This document shows positions 44,875 to 55,429 of a DNA stretch of 64,000 nucleotides, in pieces. The stretch comes from a bacterium (lineage in GTDB: Bacteria > UBA8248). Position 1 is the first letter of the stretch. Each line of letters opens with the position of its first letter. The stretch is from assembly GCA_965213625.1 (NCBI GenBank), contig CBDBZU010000004.1:3136001-3200000 (forward strand), given 5' to 3'. The notes beneath the pieces are model-generated. The model had not been told where the DNA came from. It saw nothing but the letters and a program-made list of their open reading frames with translations, and did not search any database. Position numbers and translations under genes: made by a program.

Positions 44875-47697
44875 ATGAATTTAGACTACGCACGGGACGT
44901 TTTTCCCTTCGTCCAGAAACCTTCGCGTTATCTTGGGAACGAGGTCAACTCGATCCATAAGGATCTCGCCAGGGTAAGGAACAGCATTGCCCTCGCCTTC
45001 CCGGATACATATGAAGTCGGCATGTCTCACAACGGCATCCGCATTCTCTATCACCTCTTAAACGAATACGAAAGCGTCGCCGCTGAGCGTGTTTTTCTCC
45101 CCTGGAATGATTTCGAAACCATCCTGAGAAGCAAAAACGCGCTTCTGACCACGCTGGAGAGCCGAACACCCGTCCGGGAATTCCATATTCTGGGCATATC
45201 GCTTCTGTATGAGCTGGCCGCCAGCAACATCGTCTTGCTCCTTGATTTGGCAGGCATACCCAGGCGCGCCGCCCAAAGGCGGAGAGAAGACCCGCTCGTC
45301 ATCGCGGGCGGCCCCGTGACGTTCAACGTAGAGCCCATGGCGCCTTTCTTCGACGCCGTCGCCTTAGGCGATGGAGAAGAGCTTTTCCCCGAGGTCATCA
45401 AGGCCCACGAGAGGTGGCGGGAGACGAACGCCCCGAGAGAAGCGCTGCTCGAGATGCTGGAGGAGATTGACGGCGTCTATGTCCCGAGTCGCTACGTGGT
45501 CGAGCACGAATCCGGCGGCGAGGTGGAAAGCTTCCATCACGTCAGCGGACACCAGGAACCCGTACTGGCGCGCGTGCTGGAGGATTTGAACAATTCACCC
45601 CACCCCACGCAGCCCGTCATCCCCTTCACCCAGGTGGTGCACGACCGGGTGACGCTCGAGGTGCAGCGTGGATGCACGAGGGGATGCCGCTTTTGCCACG
45701 CGGGTATGGTCTATCGCCCCGTTCGGGATCGGGACCCCCACAAAGTTCTCGAACTCGCCGAGGAATCCCTCAAGAATACGGGTTATGAGGAAATCAGCCT
45801 CTCATCGCTTTGCATCGCCGATTATCAACCCTTGAAGGGTCTGGTGCCCCGTATGATGGAGCGCCTCGCGCCCATGCAGACCTCCATCTCCCTGCCTTCG
45901 CTGCGCGTCGGAGCCATGAGCCCGGATCTCCTGGCTCAGATCGCCCGCGTGCGCCGCACGGGTTTCACCCTCGTACCCGAGGCGGGCAGCGAGCGACTGC
46001 GTAACGTCATCAACAAAGTGCTGACCGAGGCGGATCTCGAGCGAAACCTGCAGGACATCCTCGATACCGGCTGGCCGGGTGTGAAGTTCTATTTCATGCT
46101 GGGGCTTCCCACCGAGAATTTCGACGATTTGCAGGAAATGGCGGACATGCTCATGTCCTGCATGAAAATGCGCTCGCGGAAAACGGGCGAGCCGTTCCGC
46201 TTCATCAACGTCAGCCTTTCCACCTTCGTGCCGAAGCCCCATACGCCGTTCCAGTGGTTTCCCCAGAACAAGAAAGAGGAAATCAAGGCGAAACTCGATT
46301 TCATCAAGCGGGCCGTGCCCGACAGGCGAATCAAGCTGCACTGGTCGAATCCCGAGCACAGTTTTTTGGAAGCGGTAATCTCGAAAGGCGATCGCCGCCA
46401 GGCGGACGTCATCGAGACGGCGGTCGATATGGGATGCAAATTCGACGGCTGGATGGAGTTTTTCGATTACGACAAGTGGATGGCCGCCTTCAGGGAACAT
46501 GGCCTCGACCCGGAATGGTACGCATACCGTGACATTCCGGAAGATGCCCCGCTGCCCTGGGATCACCTCGACTGCGGGGTGACGAAGGAGTACCAGCTCG
46601 CCGACTGGAAGCGATCCCTCCGCGAGGTCACCATCGGCGATTGCCGCTACGAGGCGTGCGGTCAATGCGGCATTCTGGATAAATACAAAGGCATCAAATA
46701 TCACTACGAAAAACCCTTGCCGCTTGAAAACACCCCTCTCCCGGTCATCAACGCGCCAGTTCGGTCGGGTGGTATGGTTCAGGCGGCGGATTTGCCGCCC
46801 GGACAAGACATCGCTCCTGTAGAACCGGTGGAACTCGCAATCGCCAAGGCCCAGCCCGAACCGCCGCGGCCCAGGCAAAGGAGGCGCAAGAGCGTCGCAC
46901 GGGAATCAGGGCCCGTTCCGGTGGGTTTCGAGGGTGCCCAAGACGACAACCCCGGCCTGTCTGAAGAACAACCCGACGCGCCCATCCGAAAATTCAGATT
47001 CATCTATGAAAAATCAGGCGACCTGCGCTTCTTGAGTCACCTGGAGATTCTGAGAACTTTCATCCGCGCCATTCAGCGCGCGGGCTACCGCCTCGAACAC
47101 TCCAAAGGCTTCAACCCGCACCCCAAAATCGTTTTCTCTCATGCGCTGCCCGTAGGCGTGGAAAGCCGCGCGGAGGTGGTGGATTTCTCGCTATTGGAGG
47201 TCGACGGGCGCATCGAATTACGCGATTTGTTCCAAAACCTGAAACGTGAACTCCCCCGAGGCTTAAGGCCCCGTTCGGGATGGCGCATCGTGGGCAAAGC
47301 ACCCTCATCCGCCAATGCGCTCAGCGCCGCAACCTATGAAATTTCCTTGTCTCGAAAAGATATGGACTCGCCTGAAGCGCCGGATTCACAGGTCAGTATT
47401 ATCATCGAGGAGTTCATGGATGAGAAAAGCATTGAAATTACGCGCGAGCGCAAAGGGAAGATAAAACATTTCGACGCGCGGCCATCCATCGTGCGGTTTT
47501 CACTCGAATCTTCGACCGACGCCGTCATTCGCCTGCACCTCACGCTCCTTTATGGAGATGGCGTCAAACCAAAGGTTACGGAACTTCTCGCCCGATGTTT
47601 CGGGCTTTCTCCCGAGGCATGCCTGAGGGCTCGGATTCAGAAAATCACCGTCCACTGGAGAGCGGGAACGTCCCGCACACTACAAAATGCCGTCTGA
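44875..47697 (+). CDS. TIGR03960-like B12-binding radical SAM protein fused to a TIGR03936-like radical-SAM-linked domain
   Basis: KPSRYLGNE, FPDTYEVGMS, RGCTRGCRFCHAG, FVPKPHTPFQW; C-terminal LRFLSHLE...SKGFNPHPK. Confidence 0.88.
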   Translation: MNLDYARDVFPFVQKPSRYLGNEVNSIHKDLARVRNSIALAFPDTYEVGMSHNGIRILYHLLNEYESVAAERVFLPWNDFETILRSKNALLTTLESRTPVREFHILGISLLYELAASNIVLLLDLAGIPRRAAQRRREDPLVIAGGPVTFNVEPMAPFFDAVALGDGEELFPEVIKAHERWRETNAPREALLEMLEEIDGVYVPSRYVVEHESGGEVESFHHVSGHQEPVLARVLEDLNNSPHPTQPVIPFTQVVHDRVTLEVQRGCTRGCRFCHAGMVYRPVRDRDPHKVLELAEESLKNTGYEEISLSSLCIADYQPLKGLVPRMMERLAPMQTSISLPSLRVGAMSPDLLAQIARVRRTGFTLVPEAGSERLRNVINKVLTEADLERNLQDILDTGWPGVKFYFMLGLPTENFDDLQEMADMLMSCMKMRSRKTGEPFRFINVSLSTFVPKPHTPFQWFPQNKKEEIKAKLDFIKRAVPDRRIKLHWSNPEHSFLEAVISKGDRRQADVIETAVDMGCKFDGWMEFFDYDKWMAAFREHGLDPEWYAYRDIPEDAPLPWDHLDCGVTKEYQLADWKRSLREVTIGDCRYEACGQCGILDKYKGIKYHYEKPLPLENTPLPVINAPVRSGGMVQAADLPPGQDIAPVEPVELAIAKAQPEPPRPRQRRRKSVARESGPVPVGFEGAQDDNPGLSEEQPDAPIRKFRFIYEKSGDLRFLSHLEILRTFIRAIQRAGYRLEHSKGFNPHPKIVFSHALPVGVESRAEVVDFSLLEVDGRIELRDLFQNLKRELPRGLRPRSGWRIVGKAPSSANALSAATYEISLSRKDMDSPEAPDSQVSIIIEEFMDEKSIEITRERKGKIKHFDARPSIVRFSLESSTDAVIRLHLTLLYGDGVKPKVTELLARCFGLSPEACLRARIQKITVHWRAGTSRTLQNAV

Positions 47698-49294
47698 AAT
47701 CGTCGTCAACGCCGAGCCGTTCGAGACGCGCATCGCGCTGCTCGAAAACGGAGTAGCGGCCGAGCTTTATATCGAACGAGAAAGCGGCAAGAACATCGTC
47801 GGCAACATATACAAGGGAAAAGTCACAAAAGTGCTGCCGGGAATGCAGGCGGCGTTCGTAGACATCGGGCTCGAAAAGGCGGGTTTTCTCTACGTGAGCG
47901 ACGTAGACACCATCGAGTCCATTGAGAATTACAGAAAACTCGCGGCCGAACAGTCAGAAGACGACGATGATCTCGAGTTCGAAGGCAACGACTTCAGCAA
48001 CGGGGACGATCACGATGGCGGCAAGGTCGAGCAGCAAAACGGCTCCCATCGTAACCTCGTCGGAAGACGCCCGCGCCGTTGGGAGGAAGAACGCCACATA
48101 GAGGACCTGCTTCAAGACGGCCAGGACGTCATCGTCCAGGTAAGCAAAGAGCCCCTGGGCACCAAAGGCTCCCGCCTGACGAGCTACATCACCCTGCCCG
48201 GACGGTACGTGGTTTACATGCCCACGATCAAGCAAATCGGCATCAGCAGGCGAATCGAGAACGAAGATGAACGAAAAAGGCTCAAGAAACTGGTGCGCAA
48301 AAACCGCCAGCCAGGAGCCGGATACATCGTGCGCACGGCGAGTGAAACCATGCCCGCCCAGGACATCGAAGCCAACGTGAACTTCCTGCACGCGCTCTGG
48401 GAAGATATTCTAATCAAAAACGAATCGGCTTCCTCGCCGTCTCGGATTCACTCGAACTTGAACATCATTGAGCGGACCGTAAGGGATTTGTTCAATTCCT
48501 CCGTCGACAGGATGATAATCGACGACAAAGAACAATTTCTGAAGACCAAGGATTTCATACAAAGCTATTATCCGCATCTGGTTCCCAAGCTCCAGCACTA
48601 TGACGGAGATGAACCGATATTCGATTATTTCGGTGTCGAATTAGAACTTGAGCGCGCTCTCGGCCAGCGCGTGTGGCTGCGTAATGGCGGCTATATCGTG
48701 ATCGATCAGACCGAGGCGCTCACGACGATCGACGTCAACACCGGACGATTCGTGGGCAAGAAAAGCCCCGAGGAGACGATTCTCGAAACAAATCTGGAAG
48801 CGGTGCGGGAAATCGTATCCCAATTGCGCCTGCGAAACCTGGGCGGGATCATCATCGTCGATTTCATCGACATGGAAAAAGAAGTGAATCGGGATAAAGT
48901 ATTCAATACCTTCAAGGAGGAACTCAGAAAAGACCGCTCGCGCACCAATATCTTGAAGATAAGCGAGTTGGGGCTCGTCGAGATGACCCGAAAGCGCGTT
49001 CGTGACAGCATCCTGAGAACACTCTGCACCGCGTGTCCCTATTGCGAAGGACGCGGACAGGTAAAATCCGCGATCTCGGTGAGCTATGAAGCCATGCGGG
49101 AAGTGCGCCGGGTGAGAAGAGCGCACAAGGACGCCGCAAAATTCCTCATCAACGTCCACCCCGAGGTCGTGGATATCCTCCTCGATGAAGAAAGAAGGCA
49201 CGTGGAAGAACTCGAGAGCCTGCTCAAGATACAGCTCGTCATTAAAGGAGATGCCGAGCTGCATCGAGAAGGCTTCGAGGTCGTCCGGCTATAA
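47687..49294 (+). CDS. rng: Rne/Rng family ribonuclease (RNase G-like)
   Basis: GNIYKG..VLPGMQAAFVDIG, TEALTTIDVNTG, LRLRNLGGIIIVDFIDM, CPYC. Confidence 0.93.
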   Translation: MPSEIVVNAEPFETRIALLENGVAAELYIERESGKNIVGNIYKGKVTKVLPGMQAAFVDIGLEKAGFLYVSDVDTIESIENYRKLAAEQSEDDDDLEFEGNDFSNGDDHDGGKVEQQNGSHRNLVGRRPRRWEEERHIEDLLQDGQDVIVQVSKEPLGTKGSRLTSYITLPGRYVVYMPTIKQIGISRRIENEDERKRLKKLVRKNRQPGAGYIVRTASETMPAQDIEANVNFLHALWEDILIKNESASSPSRIHSNLNIIERTVRDLFNSSVDRMIIDDKEQFLKTKDFIQSYYPHLVPKLQHYDGDEPIFDYFGVELELERALGQRVWLRNGGYIVIDQTEALTTIDVNTGRFVGKKSPEETILETNLEAVREIVSQLRLRNLGGIIIVDFIDMEKEVNRDKVFNTFKEELRKDRSRTNILKISELGLVEMTRKRVRDSILRTLCTACPYCEGRGQVKSAISVSYEAMREVRRVRRAHKDAAKFLINVHPEVVDILLDEERRHVEELESLLKIQLVIKGDAELHREGFEVVRL

Positions 49295-49345
49295 CGAGGC
49301 GCCCTGCAATTTTTATGTAATGTTGCCGCCTTGAGGATAGACGAT

Positions 49346-50137
49346 ATGCGGCGAAGTGTATGCGCATTGGCATTCACTGTGTTTCTGGCAGGGTGCGCCA
49401 ATTTCCCCCAACTCAATCCGGGATCCGGCTCATCCGAGAGTCTCCGTGGCGCTTCCGGAACCAAGATACTCGAGAAAGAATTGTTCGCCGCCAGGGAGCG
49501 TAACGCGCGACTCGAAGCTCAAATGTCCGATTCCGCCAAGAAAATCGTAACGCTTACCCAGGGAATTCGTGACTTAAAAAAAGAAATCAGCACTCTAGAG
49601 GCCGCCATGGAAAGGCTAAGGCGGGAGAACATAATCGCCAGGAGTTTCCCGGTTCCCCCGCCCTCGCGAAAGCCGAAGATAGCGCCAAAAACTTTACCCG
49701 GCAAGCCTTCCGTAAAGCCGAAGAAACTTGGGCGAACGACAATCACCCCGCAGGCGCTCTACAATAAATCATATCGCGCCGTCAGGGACGGAAAAAACAA
49801 TGCGGCCATTCGAGGATTTCGCCGTTTCTTGCGCCTGTTTCCCGAAAATCAGTTAGCACCCCATTCCCAGTATTGGCTTGGGGAGGCTTACTACGCGCTC
49901 AGTCAATACCACGAGGCGCTGGATGAGTTTCTGAAACTCATCACAAGATACCCCAAAAGCCGCAAGGTTCCGGATGCCTATTACAAGCGAGGGCTTACAT
50001 ATATCCGTCGCAAATTCCCATTGAATGCTACCCTTGAATTTGAAAATCTGGTCGAAAAATTCCCCGCTCATCCGTTATCTGAAAAGGCGAGAATCCAACT
50101 CCAGAATCTCAAGCACTACATCGGAAAAAAGCCCTGA
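49346..50137 (+). CDS. Tol-Pal associated YbgF/CpoB-like TPR lipoprotein
   Basis: Lipobox LAGC, coiled coil, TPR motifs QYWLGE.YY and YPKS.KVPDA. Confidence 0.82.
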   Translation: MRRSVCALAFTVFLAGCANFPQLNPGSGSSESLRGASGTKILEKELFAARERNARLEAQMSDSAKKIVTLTQGIRDLKKEISTLEAAMERLRRENIIARSFPVPPPSRKPKIAPKTLPGKPSVKPKKLGRTTITPQALYNKSYRAVRDGKNNAAIRGFRRFLRLFPENQLAPHSQYWLGEAYYALSQYHEALDEFLKLITRYPKSRKVPDAYYKRGLTYIRRKFPLNATLEFENLVEKFPAHPLSEKARIQLQNLKHYIGKKP

Positions 50138-50246
50138 GGAAAATAAATGATCCATTCTCCCCTCGCCCCGAACTTATCCTATGTCTTGACACGAGATACG
50201 GACTCCATGCTAAGGGTTCAAACGTGATCAATGCCGGAGATCGTGA

Positions 50247-51425
50247 ATGAGAACCTTGAACCCCTTTTTGCGCTTCGAGAATCGAGATCCTTTGAGCGCA
50301 GCCGATGCCTGGCTCGTCTTGCAAACCTTCCCGGGAATGACGCCTGAGCGCCTGAGTCGATTGACCGAAGCGTTTGAGCGCCCTCAGGAAGCTTTTGATG
50401 CGCCCCCCGATGTATTCGCGCGCCTTTGCGGGCGGAAAGCCCGTGAAGTTCTTGATAAAGATTCGCCGGTCGATTTGGCCGTCAAAATCCGCAAGGAAGC
50501 TTCGAATCAAGGCGCAAGTGTCATCACGCGCGATTCCGCCCGATACCCCGATTCCCTGCGCGAGATATACGCCCCGCCGGGCGCATTCTTCACCGAGGGA
50601 GAAATTCTCGCCACGGATCGTCTCGCTGTCGCTATCGTCGGCATGCGGCGTCCGACGGACTATGGAAGGCGGGTGGCGAGGCAGCTTGCGGCCGATCTCG
50701 CCAGAAAAGGAATTACCATCGTTAGCGGAATGGCCTACGGCATCGATGCGGAAGCTCACAAGGCCACACTCGATGCGGGAGGCAGAACCATCGCCGTCCT
50801 CGGGTGTGGCCTGACCCAGAACTATCCTGCCGAGCATAAGGAACTCAGACAAGAGATCGCCGCCCAAGGCGCCGTGATATCGGAATTTCACCTACGCGCT
50901 CATCCGAGGAAAGAAAATTTTCCCCGAAGAAACCGCCTCATCAGCGGCTTGTCCCTGGCGACGGTCGTCGTCGAGGCCGCTCAGCGAAGCGGTGCGCTCC
51001 TGACCGCTCGGCTGGCGCTTGAGCAGGGACGCGATGTGATGGCCGTACCCGGGCCCGTCCATACCCAGAAGAGTACCGGCTGCCATTATCTGCTCAAAGA
51101 GGGGGCGCACCTGGTGGAAAATGCGGACGACATCGTCAACGCTCTTCCAGAGTACGCCCGAAGTATGTTAGATAATCCAGCGCAGATTCGAGTCAAGGGA
51201 TTGGGTCCCGAAATAAACGAAGCTCCAAGGGCGACGCCAAACGCGAATCTCACAGAAGATGAAAACGCGCTATTGCTCTTGCTGGAAAATGGAGACAACA
51301 CCATCGAGGGCCTGACCCAGCAGCGGGGCCTGCCGGCGCAGGAAGTTTCATCCGCTTTGTTGCGCCTGGAACTGGAAGGACTCATGAGACAAAAGACCTC
51401 AGGAAGTTACGAACGAGTTTCATGA
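50247..51425 (+). CDS. dprA: DNA-processing protein DprA
   Basis: AIVG.R, VSGMAYGID, FPRRNRLISG, VVEA..RSGAL.TA, C-terminal winged helix. Confidence 0.95.
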   Translation: MRTLNPFLRFENRDPLSAADAWLVLQTFPGMTPERLSRLTEAFERPQEAFDAPPDVFARLCGRKAREVLDKDSPVDLAVKIRKEASNQGASVITRDSARYPDSLREIYAPPGAFFTEGEILATDRLAVAIVGMRRPTDYGRRVARQLAADLARKGITIVSGMAYGIDAEAHKATLDAGGRTIAVLGCGLTQNYPAEHKELRQEIAAQGAVISEFHLRAHPRKENFPRRNRLISGLSLATVVVEAAQRSGALLTARLALEQGRDVMAVPGPVHTQKSTGCHYLLKEGAHLVENADDIVNALPEYARSMLDNPAQIRVKGLGPEINEAPRATPNANLTEDENALLLLLENGDNTIEGLTQQRGLPAQEVSSALLRLELEGLMRQKTSGSYERVS

Positions 51426-51581
51426 TCAAGCGATCGACTGTTTCGTTGATAGGGAATGTTAAATTTGACGAATTCGCCCGCGAAGCGCAAGCGTTCGCTA
51501 ATCAAAAAACCAACGCCGTCCACCAGGAAGATTCATTCGCAAACGGAGCCCCGAATAACAACTCGTGGGTATGAGAAATAA

Positions 51582-54098
51582 ATGACCGACAAAAAAACTC
51601 CGAACAAATCGGCCTCGAAACGCTCACCATCCAGGAGCAATTCCCGCAAGTCCGCATCCAAGCTACTCATCGTGGAATCGCCTACGAAGGTGCGCACCAT
51701 CCAGAAATTCCTGGGTTCTGAATTCGACATCCTCGCGTCGCGGGGCCATGTGCGGGATTTACAAAAAACGGGTGAGCGCAAAATGGGCATTGATGTTCAC
51801 AACGATTTCCAGGCCGATTACGGTGTTATTCACGGAAAAGTAAAGACCATCGACCAGTTGCGCAAGGCGGCGAAAGCGGCGAAAGAGATCTACCTGGCCC
51901 CGGACCCGGACCGCGAGGGTGAGGCCATAGCCTGGCACATTCAGGAACTCCTCGGGGCTTCCGGGGCCGAGAGCGAATTCTATCGAGTGACGTTCAACGA
52001 GATCACGAAACGCGCGGTGCAGGAGGCGCTCGCGAAACCCGGTCGAATCGATCAGAAAAAAGTAGACGCGCAGGAAACCCGCAGAAAACTGGACAGAATC
52101 GTGGGTTTCAAGCTCTCCGGCGAAATACTCTGGAACAAGGTAGCCTTCGGCCTCAGTGCGGGCCGGGTGCAGTCAGTCGCGCTTAAACTGATATGCGAGC
52201 GCGAAGACGCGATTGATGCATTCGAGCCGAAAGAATACTGGAGCATCACGGCGCACCTGGAAAAAGCAGGCTTTGAGCCTCCATTTGAAGCCAAACTGCA
52301 CCGAATCGCCGGAAAAGAGGCGGAAATACCGAACGAAGCCAGAGCGATGGAACTCGCGGAAAAAATTGCCGCCGGCGCTTTGAGAGTCTCCAGGGTTGAG
52401 AAAAAAGAGCGTCGGCGCAGACCGCCCGCTCCTTTCATCACCAGCACTCTTCAACAGGAAAGTTCCAGCAAGCTGCGCTACGGCGCGAAGAAGACCATGA
52501 GCATCGCCCAGTCTTTATATGAAGGGGTGAACCTGGGACGCGAAGCGGGAAACGTCGGCCTCATCACTTATATGAGAACGGATTCCGTACGTCTGGCGCC
52601 TGAGTCCATCGCCGCAGCCCGTTCGTATATCGAGACGAAATACGGGAAAGACCACCTTCCCCGCAAGCCAAACTTCTTCAAGACAAGGGAGACGGCCCAG
52701 GACGCGCATGAAGCGATACGGCCCACCGACGTCGGGCTCACGCCCGATAAGGTGCGCGCTTTCCTGAAACCCGAACAATTCTCTCTCTACAGTCTCATCT
52801 GGAGGCGCTTCCTCGCATGCCAGATGACGGCGGCCGTTTACGACCAGACGAGCGTAGACATCATTCTCGACCGCCAAGAGGATGAGGAACTCCTCCTGCG
52901 GGCAAGCGGTTCCGTCCTTAAATTCAAGGGTTTCTTGAGAGTATATCAAAGCGATTCTGAACCCGGGAACAACACGGACGGCACAAATTCCAAGTCAGCC
53001 GGTTCCGGTAAAGACAGGCTGCTTCCACCTCTCGAGGACGCCGACCCTCTAGCGCTCGTAATATCCGAATCCGCTCCCACCGGCGTCGCGCCCGAGCAGC
53101 ACTTCACCCAGCCTCCGCCGCGCTATACGGAAGCCTCTTTGGTGAAGGAACTCGAAGAAGACGGCGTGGGCCGCCCGAGCACCTACGCGAGCATCCTGGA
53201 CACGTTGGAGAAGCGCAAATACGTCGGCATCGAAAGAAAGCGCAGGCAATTCACCCCCTCCTCCCTTGGTCGGGAAGTGAACCGCCTTCTCATACAGGGT
53301 TTCCCCGACCAGATTGACGTGGGTTTCACCGCAAAGATGGAAAAATATCTCGATGACATCGAGAACGGAACGACGCCTTGGCTGCCCGTGATGAGGGATT
53401 TTTACGACAGCTTCGACAAGAAAATTCAGATGGCAAAAAAAGAATTGCCGAATCTCAAGACGCAAGGAGAGCCCATCGGCAGAATTTGCCCTGAATGCGA
53501 GCGTGAGTTGGTGAAGAAATTCAGCAGAAACGGCTGGTTCATATCATGCTCGGGATACCCTGGCTGTCGTTATTCGGAAAACATTCCCACCGAGAACGAG
53601 TCTGAGCCCGAAGAGACGGAAGATATGGCCCGCATCGAGGAACTCGCCCAGCCTTGCGAGGAGTGCGGCGCACCCATGCAGGCGAAACGAGGACCTTTTG
53701 GCATCTACCTGTCCTGTACGGCATCCCCTAACGAGCACAAGAAAAGAAAAGCGCTCGGCAATGGACAAGCCGCCCCTGCCCCCAAGACAACCGGCGTGTC
53801 CTGCTCTCGCGAGGGTTGCGACGGGGAACTGGTGGAGCGGCGCTCCCGCCGCACCGGAAAGCCGTTCTACGGGTGCAATCGCTTCCCTGCGTGCAAGACG
53901 GTCGCATGGGATTGGCCCGTGGCGCAGTCGTGTCCCTCTTGCGGGAATCCCATCCTTACCATAAAGACCACCAAGAAAAACGGGAACCAACTCGCCTGCC
54001 CCAAAAAAGAATGCGGATATGCGGTAGAATGTCCTCCTGAGCTTCTCGAACGGATGGAAGCCTCGAAATCCACTCCCGCCCAGGAGGCCTCGGCTTGA
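51582..54098 (+). CDS. topA: Type IA DNA topoisomerase I with C-terminal Zn ribbons
   Basis: IVESPTK, DPDREGE, SAGRVQS, ITYMRTDS, AHEAIRPT, GRPSTY. Confidence 0.97.
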   Translation: MTDKKTPNKSASKRSPSRSNSRKSASKLLIVESPTKVRTIQKFLGSEFDILASRGHVRDLQKTGERKMGIDVHNDFQADYGVIHGKVKTIDQLRKAAKAAKEIYLAPDPDREGEAIAWHIQELLGASGAESEFYRVTFNEITKRAVQEALAKPGRIDQKKVDAQETRRKLDRIVGFKLSGEILWNKVAFGLSAGRVQSVALKLICEREDAIDAFEPKEYWSITAHLEKAGFEPPFEAKLHRIAGKEAEIPNEARAMELAEKIAAGALRVSRVEKKERRRRPPAPFITSTLQQESSSKLRYGAKKTMSIAQSLYEGVNLGREAGNVGLITYMRTDSVRLAPESIAAARSYIETKYGKDHLPRKPNFFKTRETAQDAHEAIRPTDVGLTPDKVRAFLKPEQFSLYSLIWRRFLACQMTAAVYDQTSVDIILDRQEDEELLLRASGSVLKFKGFLRVYQSDSEPGNNTDGTNSKSAGSGKDRLLPPLEDADPLALVISESAPTGVAPEQHFTQPPPRYTEASLVKELEEDGVGRPSTYASILDTLEKRKYVGIERKRRQFTPSSLGREVNRLLIQGFPDQIDVGFTAKMEKYLDDIENGTTPWLPVMRDFYDSFDKKIQMAKKELPNLKTQGEPIGRICPECERELVKKFSRNGWFISCSGYPGCRYSENIPTENESEPEETEDMARIEELAQPCEECGAPMQAKRGPFGIYLSCTASPNEHKKRKALGNGQAAPAPKTTGVSCSREGCDGELVERRSRRTGKPFYGCNRFPACKTVAWDWPVAQSCPSCGNPILTIKTTKKNGNQLACPKKECGYAVECPPELLERMEASKSTPAQEASA

Positions 54099-55429
54099 GC
54101 GAAAGACTGCGTATCATCGGCGGTGGCTTAGCGGGCTGTGAAGCCGCCTGGCAGGCGGCCAGGCGGGGCGTCGAGGTCGATCTCTACGAGATGCGCCCCC
54201 ACAAGAAAACGCCCGCCCATGAAACCAGCGGATTGGCCGAACTCGTCTGTTCGAATTCGTTCCGTTCGAATTCCGTGGAAAACGCCTCAGGCCTTCTGAA
54301 AGAAGAGATGCGCAAGCTCGATTCCCTCATTTTGCGCGGCGCCGATTCCTGCCGGGTTCCCGCAGGTCTGGCTTTGGCCGTCGATCGAGCCTCATTCAGC
54401 AATACGATCACCGAAACAATTGAAAACGATCCGCGAATCACCATCCACCGAGAAGAAATCAACAATTTAGAGGATAAAACCCTCACCATCGTCGCCACCG
54501 GCCCGCTTACGAGCGATTCCCTCTCCGCCGAAATCGCCCGCCTGACGCAAGGCAAGTACCTTTATTTCTACGACGCCATTTCTCCCATCCTGTACGCGGA
54601 CAGTATCGACATGTCGACGGCATTCAAGGGCTCGCGCTACGGAAAGGGCAACGAAGAAGGCGGCGAGGGCGACTATATCAACCTGGGCCTCAACGAAACG
54701 CAGTATTACCAATTCGTCGAGGATCTTCTCGTCGGCGAGAAAATCCCCCTCAGGGAATTCGAACGCGCCATTTATTTCGAGGGCTGTCTGCCTCTCGAAG
54801 AAATGGCCGCTCGCGGAAAAGACACCCTGGCGTTCGGGCCGATGAAGCCCGTTGGCTTGGAGCATCCCGCAACCGGAGAGACATACTGCGCAGTTGCCCA
54901 GCTTAGGCGCGAGGATTTGACGGGAGACTACTTCTCCATGGTGGGTTTTCAGACCAGACTGCGCTATCCGGAGCAAAAACGCATTTTCTCGACGCTACCC
55001 GCGCTAGAGAACGCGCGCTTTTTGCGCTACGGAAGCCTGCACCGGAACACCTACATCAATGCGCCGCGCCTGATGCGGATCACCCTGCAACTCAAGCGTC
55101 ACCCGCATATTTTCATGGCGGGCCAGCTCACCGGCGTAGAGGGGTACCTCGAATCGGCCGCCATCGGCCTTATCGCGGGAATCAATGCGGCAGCCATTAT
55201 CCATGGGGAACCCATTGCCCCTCCACCCGCAACGACGGCGCTCGGCGCATTGAATCGCTACATCATTGAAGCGAATCCGAGAAATTTCCAGCCCATGAAC
55301 ATCAACTTCGGCCTCTTCCCGCCCCTGGAAAAGCGCGTTCCTAAAAAAATCAGGAAAAAGCACGTCACCAATCGCGCCATCGAGGATCTGGAGCAATGGC
55401 GAAGCAAGCTCGACTCACAAACAGTCTGA
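54095..55429 (+). CDS. trmFO: Folate-dependent tRNA m5U54 methyltransferase TrmFO
   Basis: GGGLAGCEAA, ELVCSNS, FEGCLP, FGPMKPVG, GVEGYLES. Confidence 0.96.
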   Translation: MSERLRIIGGGLAGCEAAWQAARRGVEVDLYEMRPHKKTPAHETSGLAELVCSNSFRSNSVENASGLLKEEMRKLDSLILRGADSCRVPAGLALAVDRASFSNTITETIENDPRITIHREEINNLEDKTLTIVATGPLTSDSLSAEIARLTQGKYLYFYDAISPILYADSIDMSTAFKGSRYGKGNEEGGEGDYINLGLNETQYYQFVEDLLVGEKIPLREFERAIYFEGCLPLEEMAARGKDTLAFGPMKPVGLEHPATGETYCAVAQLRREDLTGDYFSMVGFQTRLRYPEQKRIFSTLPALENARFLRYGSLHRNTYINAPRLMRITLQLKRHPHIFMAGQLTGVEGYLESAAIGLIAGINAAAIIHGEPIAPPPATTALGALNRYIIEANPRNFQPMNINFGLFPPLEKRVPKKIRKKHVTNRAIEDLEQWRSKLDSQTV

